Of a DNA stretch of 64,000 bases, positions 1 to 9,488 are shown in pieces. Position 1 is the first letter of the stretch; each line of letters starts with the position of its first letter. The stretch comes from Phoronis australis. Taxonomy: Eukaryota > Animalia > Phoronida. The stretch covers positions 1 through 64,000 of the forward strand of contig NMRA01000875.1 of assembly GCA_002633005.1 (NCBI GenBank), read 5' to 3'. Made by a program: the position numbers and the translations under genes. The notes beneath the pieces were generated by a model, which worked only from the letters and a program-made list of their open reading frames with translations, was not told the origin of the DNA and searched no databases.

Positions 1-1007
1 TGATTTCACAAGACTGAACAAACTGAATTTTAAATTGCTTGATTGCCACAATAACTGTGGCTTCTATGCTCGCCTTTGTCCTAATCTCAAACTCCTTGAT
101 CAGGCCAGACAAGCGTCAAAACTTTGCTATGACAAACAGCTGGTTCATCTAGCACAAATCAACATAGTCTAACACATCGTGCCAGTGAAGTCACGTACTT
201 ATCAGCAAGCGCAAACAACTTAACGGGACTGCATTGATAAACTGTATGCAAACTCATTTTTGTAGTGGCTTGTTAAAGCTGTGTTTCGCCCATATTAAGC
301 TGGCTAATTCGATGACTGAATTATAGCTTTTATTCTTATAAAATTTGTACAAAATGTTCCTTATCATGTTAGACCTTGTCTTCTGTTAGTGAAAACAACC
401 GCAAGACTTCAACAGGTCAAGAAATGCATTACATGTTACATTGACGTCATTTTGATGGGGATGAATTTAGAAAATGGCTTGCAGCGATTTTCATAAAAAA
501 GGGCAGTCACGTGACACAGCAAAGGCCACTTCCTGAGTGAGCCAATACCGCAGATCGACTGTTGATTTTGGCATTTTGGGTTAAGAACTTGAAATTTGTT
601 TAGATTGAAGGAACAGGGAGAGACGCAACTTTTAAATCATTTCAGTTTTATTAGTCGATATATTACTGGATACATGATACAGGGTGTAAACACTCTCAAC
701 TGTAATATATACAGTAATATGAATTATGAAGACACGGATGAGAATTTTTTCTAATGAGAATGGCGCGGGCAGCAGTCAACTTTACATATCTTGATAAAAA
801 CGCTACTTACGCACTGAAACGAAGTGTCACCTACACGTGGAGTAGCTTGTGAGAATCGGTGAGAAATGGCATACAAATATGGCTGATAACCTGCGCGTTA
901 GCACACATCCTTGAGAAAATCACAAGAGTTGGTGAGCTATACACAAGCCAGTTAGTACCACCGTTTGTGTTCCCACATCCGGAATGAAAGAAATACATGT
1001 AGAACCG

Positions 1008-1141
1008 CCTCTCGTTCAGTAACGCAAGACTTCGCGAGATTACGTGAGACATTGCCGTGTATTTTGAATTAGAACACATGACTTTGACGAGATTTTAGCT
1101 AGGTCCTAGCGTAGGTCCTAGCCTTACTGAACGCACGCCTG
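1008..1141. repeat. Short dispersed MITE-like repeat (copy 1)
   Basis: Closely similar to 14981-15132 and, in reverse, to ~56636-56750. Ends GTTCAGTAA...TACTGAAC are inverted. Confidence 0.7.
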
Positions 1142-1191
1142 GGATCCACGGTTCAATCGTTTTGGCTCATGTTCTCAGCGCTTCAGACGAC

Positions 1192-1828
1192 TGTCACATT
1201 TTCCCCGTGTGTGGGTTTGCGCAGGTGGTTATCAACCGGTGCTAATAGCTTCCGGTACGACGATAGACTGAAGACTGGTTCGAGTTAATTTCTTTATTAA
1301 TCTCGACCGTACGTTGACAAGCCTACTCAAACAAAACGTCCGAGTAATGTCTGTTCTGCGCTCCAGCCAGTGCTGCGAAGCCTTGACTTGTGATGAACTT
1401 CTGAGACACGTTCAGCAACTGTTACACTCGCTGATTCAGTAACCTGCTGTCTTTATAGCTGGCTCTCTATCGCTTAACTGCTAATTGTCTTCACTGCAAC
1501 TCAATTGTAACTCTATTGTAACTAGCTGTTTAAATACTTAACTGACTGCCACAAAGCCGTGCTTGGGTATTTATAGTCTCATGCAATGTTCAAGAACTTT
1601 TCACCAACTCAAGCACAATCTAAAACTTTTCGGAATCTACCCAATCGTTCTACAAACATATATTAGTCTCACATAAATCACTTGCATGATAGAATCTTCT
1701 AGAAAGTTCCACACTATTCTGCAATGAACAAATTACATCATCATTGTACTGACCTCACGGGTCATGTCAATCAATAACACAAACAGAACAAAATAAAACC
1801 AAGAACAGTGTCAGTCTACATTCTGACA
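1192..1828 (-). mobile_element. Solo LTR of an LTR retrotransposon
   Basis: Termini TGTCA...TGACA with a 5-bp TSD ACGAC at 1187-1191 and 1829-1833. On the minus strand there is TATAAATA (~1568-1575) upstream of AATAAA (~1293-1298). A diverged partial copy lies at ~10828-11028. Confidence 0.85.
1691..1710. promoter_or_regulatory. Perfect 4-unit heat-shock element in the LTR U3 region
   Basis: aGAAt-cTTCt-aGAAa-gTTCc, i.e. alternating inverted nGAAn units. Confidence 0.6.
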
Positions 1829-2006
1829 ACGACTGACTTAAAGAGGCATGGACCGCGAAAACTCGTGAAAAATACGTTTTAAACGATCCCTAACCAAAGT
1901 ACCTTCCGTCAACCTTTACTAAAAAGTTATTCACTTCCCCCTGAGAAGGAATTTCCAGAAAAAATGACCTAATTCATGGTTTTTGAAAGAAGTACGAAGA
2001 AAAGCT

Positions 2007-2293
2007 TGTATGGTAACCACCTATACCTGCCTATCTTCCTTTCATTTATTATAAATGCGCGCATGCGCTCAGTCATTCGGCAAACGAACAGCTGATTCAG
2101 TGTCAAGAGTGTTATGGAGTGAATACTTTGCCACCCGATGTGCTTTATACATCGTGCCGTGTATTTTGTGCCTACCTCTACGATTCTTCATGATTGGACC
2201 ATTACTTGAGATTTGACCATGCTGATCTGCAGTGGACTATTATTCATTTACACTACGTGTCAGAGAACGGTGCTGCCTTAGTGCGCTAATAAT
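2007..2293 (+). mobile_element. Possible 5' LTR fragment of the Gypsy element
   Basis: Starts TGTA, with TATAAAT at ~2050 followed by CAGTCATTC, directly upstream of pol. It is cut by the N at 2294, and no 3' LTR is visible for comparison because of the gap. Confidence 0.3.
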
Positions 2294-2304
2294 NACCCCG
2301 TTAT

Positions 2305-5300
2305 ATGGAATGTATTATTTCCAAAAAACCGGTGACAATTCAGCCTAATTCTGTAAAACGAGTAGGTTGTTTTGAATTCCCCAAAATATCCTCCGCATTG
2401 GTTTTTGAGCCCTGTGACGAGCTGGATTATAGACTCATGATTCCGCGGTCTGTTCATGATACAGCAAAAGACCCAGTACTGTACATTTTTAATGGTTCAG
2501 ACCGAGCGATCAGGGTTAAAGCTGACTCGAAACTAGGTTGGGTAGAACCCATTGCTGAGAATGTAGATAACGTGGTGATACGATCTACAGGTGTCGCTGC
2601 TGTGTCCGACGATGCTGACTCGTCGTCTGCCAATCCGGATTCCTCTCATAAAGGGATTGCGGAGTTGTCGGCCGATGGGAACGGTTCCTCTGGTTTACCT
2701 CTGAAGCTGCATTCACTTTTTGAAGTATCGAAGACTGGCTTGTCCTCTAACGAGGCGTCAGTTCTTGAAAATCTCTTAATAGAGTATCAGGATGTGCTTG
2801 CTGCTGATGATTTAGATCTGGGGAATTTTACGGCAGTCGAGCATGTCATCGATACAGGCTCTGAATTTCCCGTCAAAATGGCTATNGACTATGGAATTCC
2901 ACCCCGTTATATGGAATGTATTATTTCCAAAAAACCGGTGACAATTCAGCCTAATTCTGTAACACGAGTAGGTTGTTTTGATTTCCCCAAAATATCCTCC
3001 GCAGTGGTTTTTGAGCCCTGTGACGAGCTGGATTATAGACTCATGATTCCGCGGTCTGTTCATGATACAGCAAAAGACCCAGTACTGTACATTTTTAATG
3101 GTTCAGACCGAGCAATCAGAGTTAAAGCTGGCTCAAAATTGGGTTGGGTAGAACCCATTGCTGAGAATATAGATAACGTGGTGATACGATCTACAGGTGT
3201 CGCTGCGGTGTCCGGCGATGCTGACTCGTCGTCTGCCAATCCGGATTCCTCTCATAAAGGGATTGCGGAGTTGTCGGCCGATGAGAACGGTTCCTCTGGT
3301 TTACCTCTGAAGCTGCATTCACTTTTTGAAGTTTCCAAGACTGGCTTGTCCTCTAACGAGGCGTCAGTTCTTGAAAATCTCTTAATAGAGTATCAGGATG
3401 TCTTTGCTGCTGACGATTTAGATCTGGGGAATTTTACAGCAGTCGAGCATGTCATCGATACAGGCTCTGAATTTCCCGTCAAAATGGCTATGAGACGAAC
3501 CCCTGTATGTTTCATTGATGAGGAAAAACAACACCTCCATAAAATGTTACAAGCAGGTGTAATTGTCCCCAGTACAAGTGAGTGGGCTGCTGCTCCTGTT
3601 TTAATTCGTAAGTCCGATGGTTCGGTGCGTTATTGCATTGACTACCGTGCTTTGAATAAAATTACTAAAAAGGATGCGTGGCCCCTTCCCTTGATTGATG
3701 AGTGTATCGACCTTCTATCAGGCAATGTCTGGTTTAGTAAGCTCGATGCTAACTCGGCCTATTGGCAGGTTAAAATCAGAGAGGAGGATCGTAAAAAGAC
3801 TGCTTTTATTACCAAATACGGTCTTTATGAATTCAAGTCCATGCCATTTAGTCTTTGTGGTGCTCCTAGTACTTTTTCTAGGGCTATGGGGTTGGTTTTA
3901 CGGGGGTTGAATTGGAATTCCGTTCTCGCCTTCTTGGATGATATTTTGGTGTTGGGTTCTTCTTTTGAGGATCATCTCCAGAATCTCCGGGAAGTGTTCG
4001 ACCGGTTTAGGGAGTATGAGTTACGACTCAAGCCTAAGAAATGTGGATTATATCAAAAAAGAGTTCAGTTCTTAGGTAGATGGGTAGGCCCTGATGGTTT
4101 AGAAATGGGGGATGATAATATTAAAAAGGTCAAAAATTGGCCTATACCCCAAACCAAGAAACAATGTCAAAGTTTTTTAGCCTTTGCTAATTACCACAGG
4201 TCCTTCATCAAACATTTTGCAGAGATGGCTTCTCCACTGTATGCGGTAACTGGTTCATCTAGTTTTAAGTGGGGTGATGCTCAGCAGTCGGCTTTTGATG
4301 AGCTCAAATTAGCTTTGATTACTCCGCCTGTTCTTGCTCTCCCCACATCAGATGGGGAATTCATTCTCGACTGCGATGCTTCTGACTTTGCGATCGGCGC
4401 TTGCCTATCTCAGATTCAGAATGGTGTTGAGCGGGTGATCTATGCTAGCTTGGCATTGGTCGATGAACAAAAGCGTTACTGCACTACTCTTAAGGAACTG
4501 CTTGCGGCAGTTCGTTTCACTCATCAGTACCGTCATTTTCTATTAGGTCGTGCTTTTACGGTAAGAACCGATCATAGTAGTTTGACGTGGCTCCTGAATT
4601 TCAAATCGCCCAATGGTCAGCTCGCACGGTGGATATTACAACTTCAACAATTTGGTGGTATGAAAATTGTTTACCGTCCTGGTAATAAGCACGCGAATGC
4701 AGACGCTCTGTCTCGTATTCCCGTGTCTTCTGGTTGCACATACAAGTATGGTGTTCAATTAGAGGATTTACCATGCCGGGGGTGTAATAAGTGCAAAAGG
4801 GCACATGAGGCTTCGTACGATTTTTCCAAGGAAGTAGATGATGCTTTTCCTTTGGCAACTCGGCCCACGCCTGTTTTGACTGATAAATGTGTAGGTACTG
4901 TTCCTGATCCCAGTAGTGACGCTATAATTAATCGTTTGTCTTGCTATAGGGATTCGATTTCAACTAATATGACGGATTATATTCCAGATGACTATGATGA
5001 GACTCAGCTTTCTTTGACAATTGCTTCCCCAGTCCCAGGTGGAAACATTCTTTTGGAGGATCATTTTTGGTTTTCTGAGGACAATGTTTCGATTCGTAAT
5101 GTTACGTCTTCCAATTATTTGGACAGTGTTCCCGACTTGGCTAAGAAGCAAAGAGACGATGTAAATCTTCAATTTGTTTTTGATTATTTGGAAAATCAAT
5201 CTTACCCTAGTCAGGACACACTCTTTTTAGCTAGTAAATGTACTAAGTTTTACTGGATAAACAGAGATAACCTGGAGCTGGTGAATGGAGTTCTACACTG

Positions 5301-6657
5301 GAAATCTACTGACGGATTATCATCTCGTTTGTTAGTAGTGCCGTCCTCACTTGTTAATAATGTTATTAAATTACATCATGATGTTCCATCGTCTGGAAAT
5401 CAGGGTATTGATAGAACGGTATCACGTATTAAAAGTAGTTTTTACTGGCGTGGCATGACAGCAGACATTAAAAAGTACATAGATTCTTGTTCTTCCTGTA
5501 ACCATAACAAGCAGGGTAGGGGAAGGCACGGAAAGTTCCCTATGAACCGGTATCATGCTGGTGTTCCTATGGAACGCGTTCACTTGGATTTTATGGGACC
5601 TTTTCCTATGACTTCCAGGGGTAATGCGCACATACTCATGATGGTGGATCAGTTCACTAAGTGGGTAGAGTGTATTCCTTTGCCTGCCCAAACTGCGGAA
5701 TTAACTGCGTTTGCAGCAATAAACGAGTTTTTTACAAGGTTTGGTTACCCTTTCCAGATCTTTACGGATCAGGGTAGGAATTTTGAGAGTGCTTTGTTTT
5801 CTAATGTCTGTAAGCTTTTGCAGATACGCAAGACAAGGACTACTCCTTACCGCCCCTCATCCAATGGTCAGGTGGAGAGATTTAATCGTACATTGATGGA
5901 TGCTGTTCGATGTTACGTTTCTTCTAGTCAGGATGACTGGGACCTTTTCTTGCCGCAGATTGCATGTGCTATTAGGTCTTCAGTTAATAGGCAGACAGGT
6001 TTCACTCCCAACATGCTTATGCTGGGCCGTGAGATTAATCATCCGGTTTCTCTCATGTATCCAGTGGCACAAGGGCAGGACCCTGTTTCCCCTATTGATT
6101 TCGTTGACACTCTTCAAAAGAGGATTTCTAGTGCACATGAGGTGGCCAGGAAGACCCTAGTCACTACCCAAGCCCGTATGAAACGCGATTACGACCTTGT
6201 GGCACACCGTCGCTCGTTCAAGACGGGTGACGTTGTATATATTAGTGACACCGCGGTCATTAAAGGCAAATGTAAGAAGTTAAGTCCACCTTGGAAAGGT
6301 CCTGGCATTGTTATTGATGTTCTTACGCCTTTTCTTTTCAGGATCCGACTTGAGAATTCAGTTTCCACTGTTAATCATGATCGATTAAAAATTTGTAATG
6401 ATAAATTGGAAACGTTGCCTAATCAGATTAAAAGGATGTTAGCTGTGGGTAATTTTACCAGTCCCCTTCTTGTTGATAACGACCTGTACTGTGTATGTCG
6501 CCGCCCGGATGACGGAGGATTTATGATCCAATGTGATTCGTGCGATGAATGGTACCATGGTAGTTGTGTCGGAATAAACAGTGAGGTGGCGGCTACCATC
6601 GACAAATATTATTGCCCTCGGTGCAAGCCTGTCAGGCGGTCTTACTTATCATGTTAA
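2305..6657 (+). CDS. pol: Ty3/Gypsy Pol polyprotein (spacer, RT, RNase H, integrase, GPY/F, C-terminal PHD finger); gag and protease not visible
   Basis: RT motifs: YCIDYRALN, LDANSAYWQV, MPFSL, FLDD (3931-3942). RNase H motifs: DCDASDFAIG, KELLA, TDH, NADALSR. Integrase motifs: H..CSSC, DFMGP, TDQGRNF, NGQVERFN, WKGP. The order RT-RH-IN is Gypsy-type. 2295-2885 duplicates 2901-3491. Confidence 0.95.
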   Translation: MECIISKKPVTIQPNSVKRVGCFEFPKISSALVFEPCDELDYRLMIPRSVHDTAKDPVLYIFNGSDRAIRVKADSKLGWVEPIAENVDNVVIRSTGVAAVSDDADSSSANPDSSHKGIAELSADGNGSSGLPLKLHSLFEVSKTGLSSNEASVLENLLIEYQDVLAADDLDLGNFTAVEHVIDTGSEFPVKMAXDYGIPPRYMECIISKKPVTIQPNSVTRVGCFDFPKISSAVVFEPCDELDYRLMIPRSVHDTAKDPVLYIFNGSDRAIRVKAGSKLGWVEPIAENIDNVVIRSTGVAAVSGDADSSSANPDSSHKGIAELSADENGSSGLPLKLHSLFEVSKTGLSSNEASVLENLLIEYQDVFAADDLDLGNFTAVEHVIDTGSEFPVKMAMRRTPVCFIDEEKQHLHKMLQAGVIVPSTSEWAAAPVLIRKSDGSVRYCIDYRALNKITKKDAWPLPLIDECIDLLSGNVWFSKLDANSAYWQVKIREEDRKKTAFITKYGLYEFKSMPFSLCGAPSTFSRAMGLVLRGLNWNSVLAFLDDILVLGSSFEDHLQNLREVFDRFREYELRLKPKKCGLYQKRVQFLGRWVGPDGLEMGDDNIKKVKNWPIPQTKKQCQSFLAFANYHRSFIKHFAEMASPLYAVTGSSSFKWGDAQQSAFDELKLALITPPVLALPTSDGEFILDCDASDFAIGACLSQIQNGVERVIYASLALVDEQKRYCTTLKELLAAVRFTHQYRHFLLGRAFTVRTDHSSLTWLLNFKSPNGQLARWILQLQQFGGMKIVYRPGNKHANADALSRIPVSSGCTYKYGVQLEDLPCRGCNKCKRAHEASYDFSKEVDDAFPLATRPTPVLTDKCVGTVPDPSSDAIINRLSCYRDSISTNMTDYIPDDYDETQLSLTIASPVPGGNILLEDHFWFSEDNVSIRNVTSSNYLDSVPDLAKKQRDDVNLQFVFDYLENQSYPSQDTLFLASKCTKFYWINRDNLELVNGVLHWKSTDGLSSRLLVVPSSLVNNVIKLHHDVPSSGNQGIDRTVSRIKSSFYWRGMTADIKKYIDSCSSCNHNKQGRGRHGKFPMNRYHAGVPMERVHLDFMGPFPMTSRGNAHILMMVDQFTKWVECIPLPAQTAELTAFAAINEFFTRFGYPFQIFTDQGRNFESALFSNVCKLLQIRKTRTTPYRPSSNGQVERFNRTLMDAVRCYVSSSQDDWDLFLPQIACAIRSSVNRQTGFTPNMLMLGREINHPVSLMYPVAQGQDPVSPIDFVDTLQKRISSAHEVARKTLVTTQARMKRDYDLVAHRRSFKTGDVVYISDTAVIKGKCKKLSPPWKGPGIVIDVLTPFLFRIRLENSVSTVNHDRLKICNDKLETLPNQIKRMLAVGNFTSPLLVDNDLYCVCRRPDDGGFMIQCDSCDEWYHGSCVGINSEVAATIDKYYCPRCKPVRRSYLSC
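6484..6624 (+). other. PHD finger at the integrase C-terminus
   Basis: LYCVC-x8-MIQCDSCDEWYHGSCVG-x11-YYCPRC, a C4HC3 pattern with Y/M/W cage residues. Confidence 0.9.
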
Positions 6658-6690
6658 ATTGTTTTTATTTGTAGGTTCTCTTGTCAAGAC

Positions 6691-8859
6691 GTGAGATTAA
6701 AGGAGAATCCCGACCTACCCGTTTTTAGGGGCAACGCAAATGCCCCTACTCAGGTAACGGTTTCAGCAGCCGTCGCCGTCGTGCCCGCCCCCCAGGGCGA
6801 GGGTATGCCGGTGCCGGCGCCATCTGTGGGTTGTGGCCCATCAACTTCTACGGAAGGAGGTGGTCCAGAACCTCCGGAACCCTCCTCATCCCCTTCTTCG
6901 GTGGGGGATTTTGATGATTCCATTTTGGAGGATCCTTATGCACCCGCCCCTGTGGCTGCAGTTTCTCAACCCTCTGTACCCATGGAGGTGGTTGTTGAGG
7001 AAATTCCCCAAAGACCTAAGAGGTCCACAAAAGGAGGTCCAGTGAAGTCATCCACCCTCCCAAGGGCTGGTACGGAGGCTTACTCTGCCCCTCCTCAACT
7101 AGGCGAGGTCGTTTCTTGCCCTCTATGTGGTTTCCACGTTTCTGGAGACCACACAGAGGATGAGATTTTACTTAGCCATGCGTATGCGCACCGTTTACCG
7201 GCCCTCTTCACGGTAACTGATGCGTTTACCTTGGCCGACCTCGATCTGCACCGAATAAGGTTTGAAGCCTTGTCGGTGCTCTACAGGTTGGTAGTAGAGC
7301 GTGAGATTAGAGATTGTAGGGACCTTTTAGATCTCTGTAATCTTTTATGTGGGGCTTATCCTGTGCTACCGCACATGCACGTCGTAGACCTAATGTCTAT
7401 GGGGTTCATGTGTAGTGCCATGAATTGGTCTTTCTCGGGATCCTTTGAGATTGATCCCAGGATCAACAGCCCAGCAGCTTGCAGCCACTGTCATGTTGTC
7501 CTGGTTTTGATGTCAAGGTTGCCGGCTGACGCTCTGTCCGCCTGGATCCACGCCTTTGGCAAGCGCGCAGTGCCCGTGCTGCCCAGAGAAATGTGGTCGG
7601 GGGGCGCAAGACTTTCAAGTCAAGTGCCACCCAGTTCCGTGACCCCATCTCCTTCGGGGGGTGGGGTGATGGGACAAGGAGAACTGGCTGGCGCCTCCAC
7701 ATCCTCGGGTGTGGCTGTCGCTAGCACAAGTTCTTCAAGTGGAGCTGGTTCCGCTGAACCTTCACTTGCTGCTAAGCAGCAGCAAGAGAGTGCTTGGCTG
7801 AACAACCTCCACCAGCAGGCTGGCCGTCTGCTTTATTGGAGGCAGCAGGCCACCCTGCCACAACAGGGGGTGAGGGATGCTGGTGCGCCGTACCCTCAGA
7901 TGACGTATGCGGCAAAAGTCCGCAAGCCACCTGGCCGGCCCCTAAAGGGTCGACGTCCATCTGGGGCTTCGCCCTCCGTGTCAAAAGCTAAATCAGGACC
8001 ACCTCCTGATTTAGCTATAGATGCCCACTTCCATCTGGATCGCTTGTCGGCATCCTGGGCTCAGCGTCATATCACTGAGACTAGGATGTTGACGATCGAT
8101 CAGATGCTCAGCACCCAGCTGTCACGGGTTTCTCAGAAACCTGTGCGGTTGGTTGGTGGGGTTGCAGTTTTCTGCGATGTGGAAAACTGGAAGTACATTG
8201 AGGCTTCCCGTTTCCCACATGGCTGGAAGGCTGTGGTGGGCATCCACCCCAAACGGGTTGGATCAACGAATCCCAGTGTTCTGGAGCGTCTCCCCCAGCT
8301 ACTAAAGGAGCCCTTTGTAGCTGGCCTTGGTGAGGTCGGTCTGGAGGCCCGGGAGGACTTGGCCATCCAAAAAGAAGCTTTGGAGGAGATGGTGCGAATC
8401 TTTGCGGAGGTTCGGGCCAGCTCCCCCAGCTTCAAAAATAAAGTCGTGGTGATTCACCTTCGTGGCTCACCCGACAATCCACGCTTCTTGGAGGGACAAG
8501 ACTTCGTCTTCGACCTCCTGAAGCGCCACTGTGATGCAGACTTGGGTTTGCATCTCCATTGTTTTGGAGGTGCGCCCGAGGATGTACTCCGGTGGACGGG
8601 GTTCTTTAGGAACTGCCACTTCGGCTTCGCCGGTCATGTGCGGCAGTTCTTAAAGTTCCAAAACAAGGGGCTACAAGAGGTTCCGATGAATCGACTCCTC
8701 CTGGAGTCCGATTCACCGCACCTCGCCATTGGGCAAGCCCCAATGGCGCCCCAATACCTGGGCGAAGTAGCCATGGAGGTGGCGCAGCGTTCTCGTCGTC
8801 CGCTGCGTGACATCCTGGATGCTTCCACCAGGAATGCCAGGCGGCTTTACCATCTCTAA
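6691..8859 (+). CDS. Retrotransposon-associated ORF2: Pro/Ser-rich N-terminus, C2H2-like motif, helical region, C-terminal TatD-family metallo-nuclease (~8011-8856)
   Basis: TatD motifs in order: IDAHFHLD, GIHP, GEVGLE, IHLR, HCF, GFAG, RLLLESDSP, NARRLY. The ORF is uninterrupted. The true start is uncertain; the frame is open from 6658. Confidence 0.9.
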   Translation: MRLKENPDLPVFRGNANAPTQVTVSAAVAVVPAPQGEGMPVPAPSVGCGPSTSTEGGGPEPPEPSSSPSSVGDFDDSILEDPYAPAPVAAVSQPSVPMEVVVEEIPQRPKRSTKGGPVKSSTLPRAGTEAYSAPPQLGEVVSCPLCGFHVSGDHTEDEILLSHAYAHRLPALFTVTDAFTLADLDLHRIRFEALSVLYRLVVEREIRDCRDLLDLCNLLCGAYPVLPHMHVVDLMSMGFMCSAMNWSFSGSFEIDPRINSPAACSHCHVVLVLMSRLPADALSAWIHAFGKRAVPVLPREMWSGGARLSSQVPPSSVTPSPSGGGVMGQGELAGASTSSGVAVASTSSSSGAGSAEPSLAAKQQQESAWLNNLHQQAGRLLYWRQQATLPQQGVRDAGAPYPQMTYAAKVRKPPGRPLKGRRPSGASPSVSKAKSGPPPDLAIDAHFHLDRLSASWAQRHITETRMLTIDQMLSTQLSRVSQKPVRLVGGVAVFCDVENWKYIEASRFPHGWKAVVGIHPKRVGSTNPSVLERLPQLLKEPFVAGLGEVGLEAREDLAIQKEALEEMVRIFAEVRASSPSFKNKVVVIHLRGSPDNPRFLEGQDFVFDLLKRHCDADLGLHLHCFGGAPEDVLRWTGFFRNCHFGFAGHVRQFLKFQNKGLQEVPMNRLLLESDSPHLAIGQAPMAPQYLGEVAMEVAQRSRRPLRDILDASTRNARRLYHL

Positions 8860-8861
8860 CA

Positions 8862-9488
8862 NNNNNNNNNNNNNNNNNNNNNNNNNNNNNNNNNNNNNNN
8901 NNNNNNNNNNNNNNNNNNNNNNNNNNNNNNNNNNNNNNNNNNNNNNNNNNNNNNNNNNNNNNNNNNNNNNNNNNNNNNNNNNNNNNNNNNNNNNNNNNNN
9001 NNNNNNNNNNNNNNNNNNNNNNNNNNNNNNNNNNNNNNNNNNNNNNNNNNNNNNNNNNNNNNNNNNNNNNNNNNNNNNNNNNNNNNNNNNNNNNNNNNNN
9101 NNNNNNNNNNNNNNNNNNNNNNNNNNNNNNNNNNNNNNNNNNNNNNNNNNNNNNNNNNNNNNNNNNNNNNNNNNNNNNNNNNNNNNNNNNNNNNNNNNNN
9201 NNNNNNNNNNNNNNNNNNNNNNNNNNNNNNNNNNNNNNNNNNNNNNNNNNNNNNNNNNNNNNNNNNNNNNNNNNNNNNNNNNNNNNNNNNNNNNNNNNNN
9301 NNNNNNNNNNNNNNNNNNNNNNNNNNNNNNNNNNNNNNNNNNNNNNNNNNNNNNNNNNNNNNNNNNNNNNNNNNNNNNNNNNNNNNNNNNNNNNNNNNNN
9401 NNNNNNNNNNNNNNNNNNNNNNNNNNNNNNNNNNNNNNNNNNNNNNNNNNNNNNNNNNNNNNNNNNNNNNNNNNNNNNNNNNNNNNNN
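8862..9488. other. Assembly gap, probably hiding the 3' LTR
   Basis: Run of N starting 2 nt after the ORF2 stop. Confidence 0.95.

Noticed and set aside
2295-3491. Apparent tandem duplication of ~197 aa at the Pol N-terminus
   Set aside because: The first copy (2295-2885) is bounded by single Ns on both sides and differs slightly from the second. It is most likely an allelic or paralogous contig joined by scaffolding rather than a real domain duplication.
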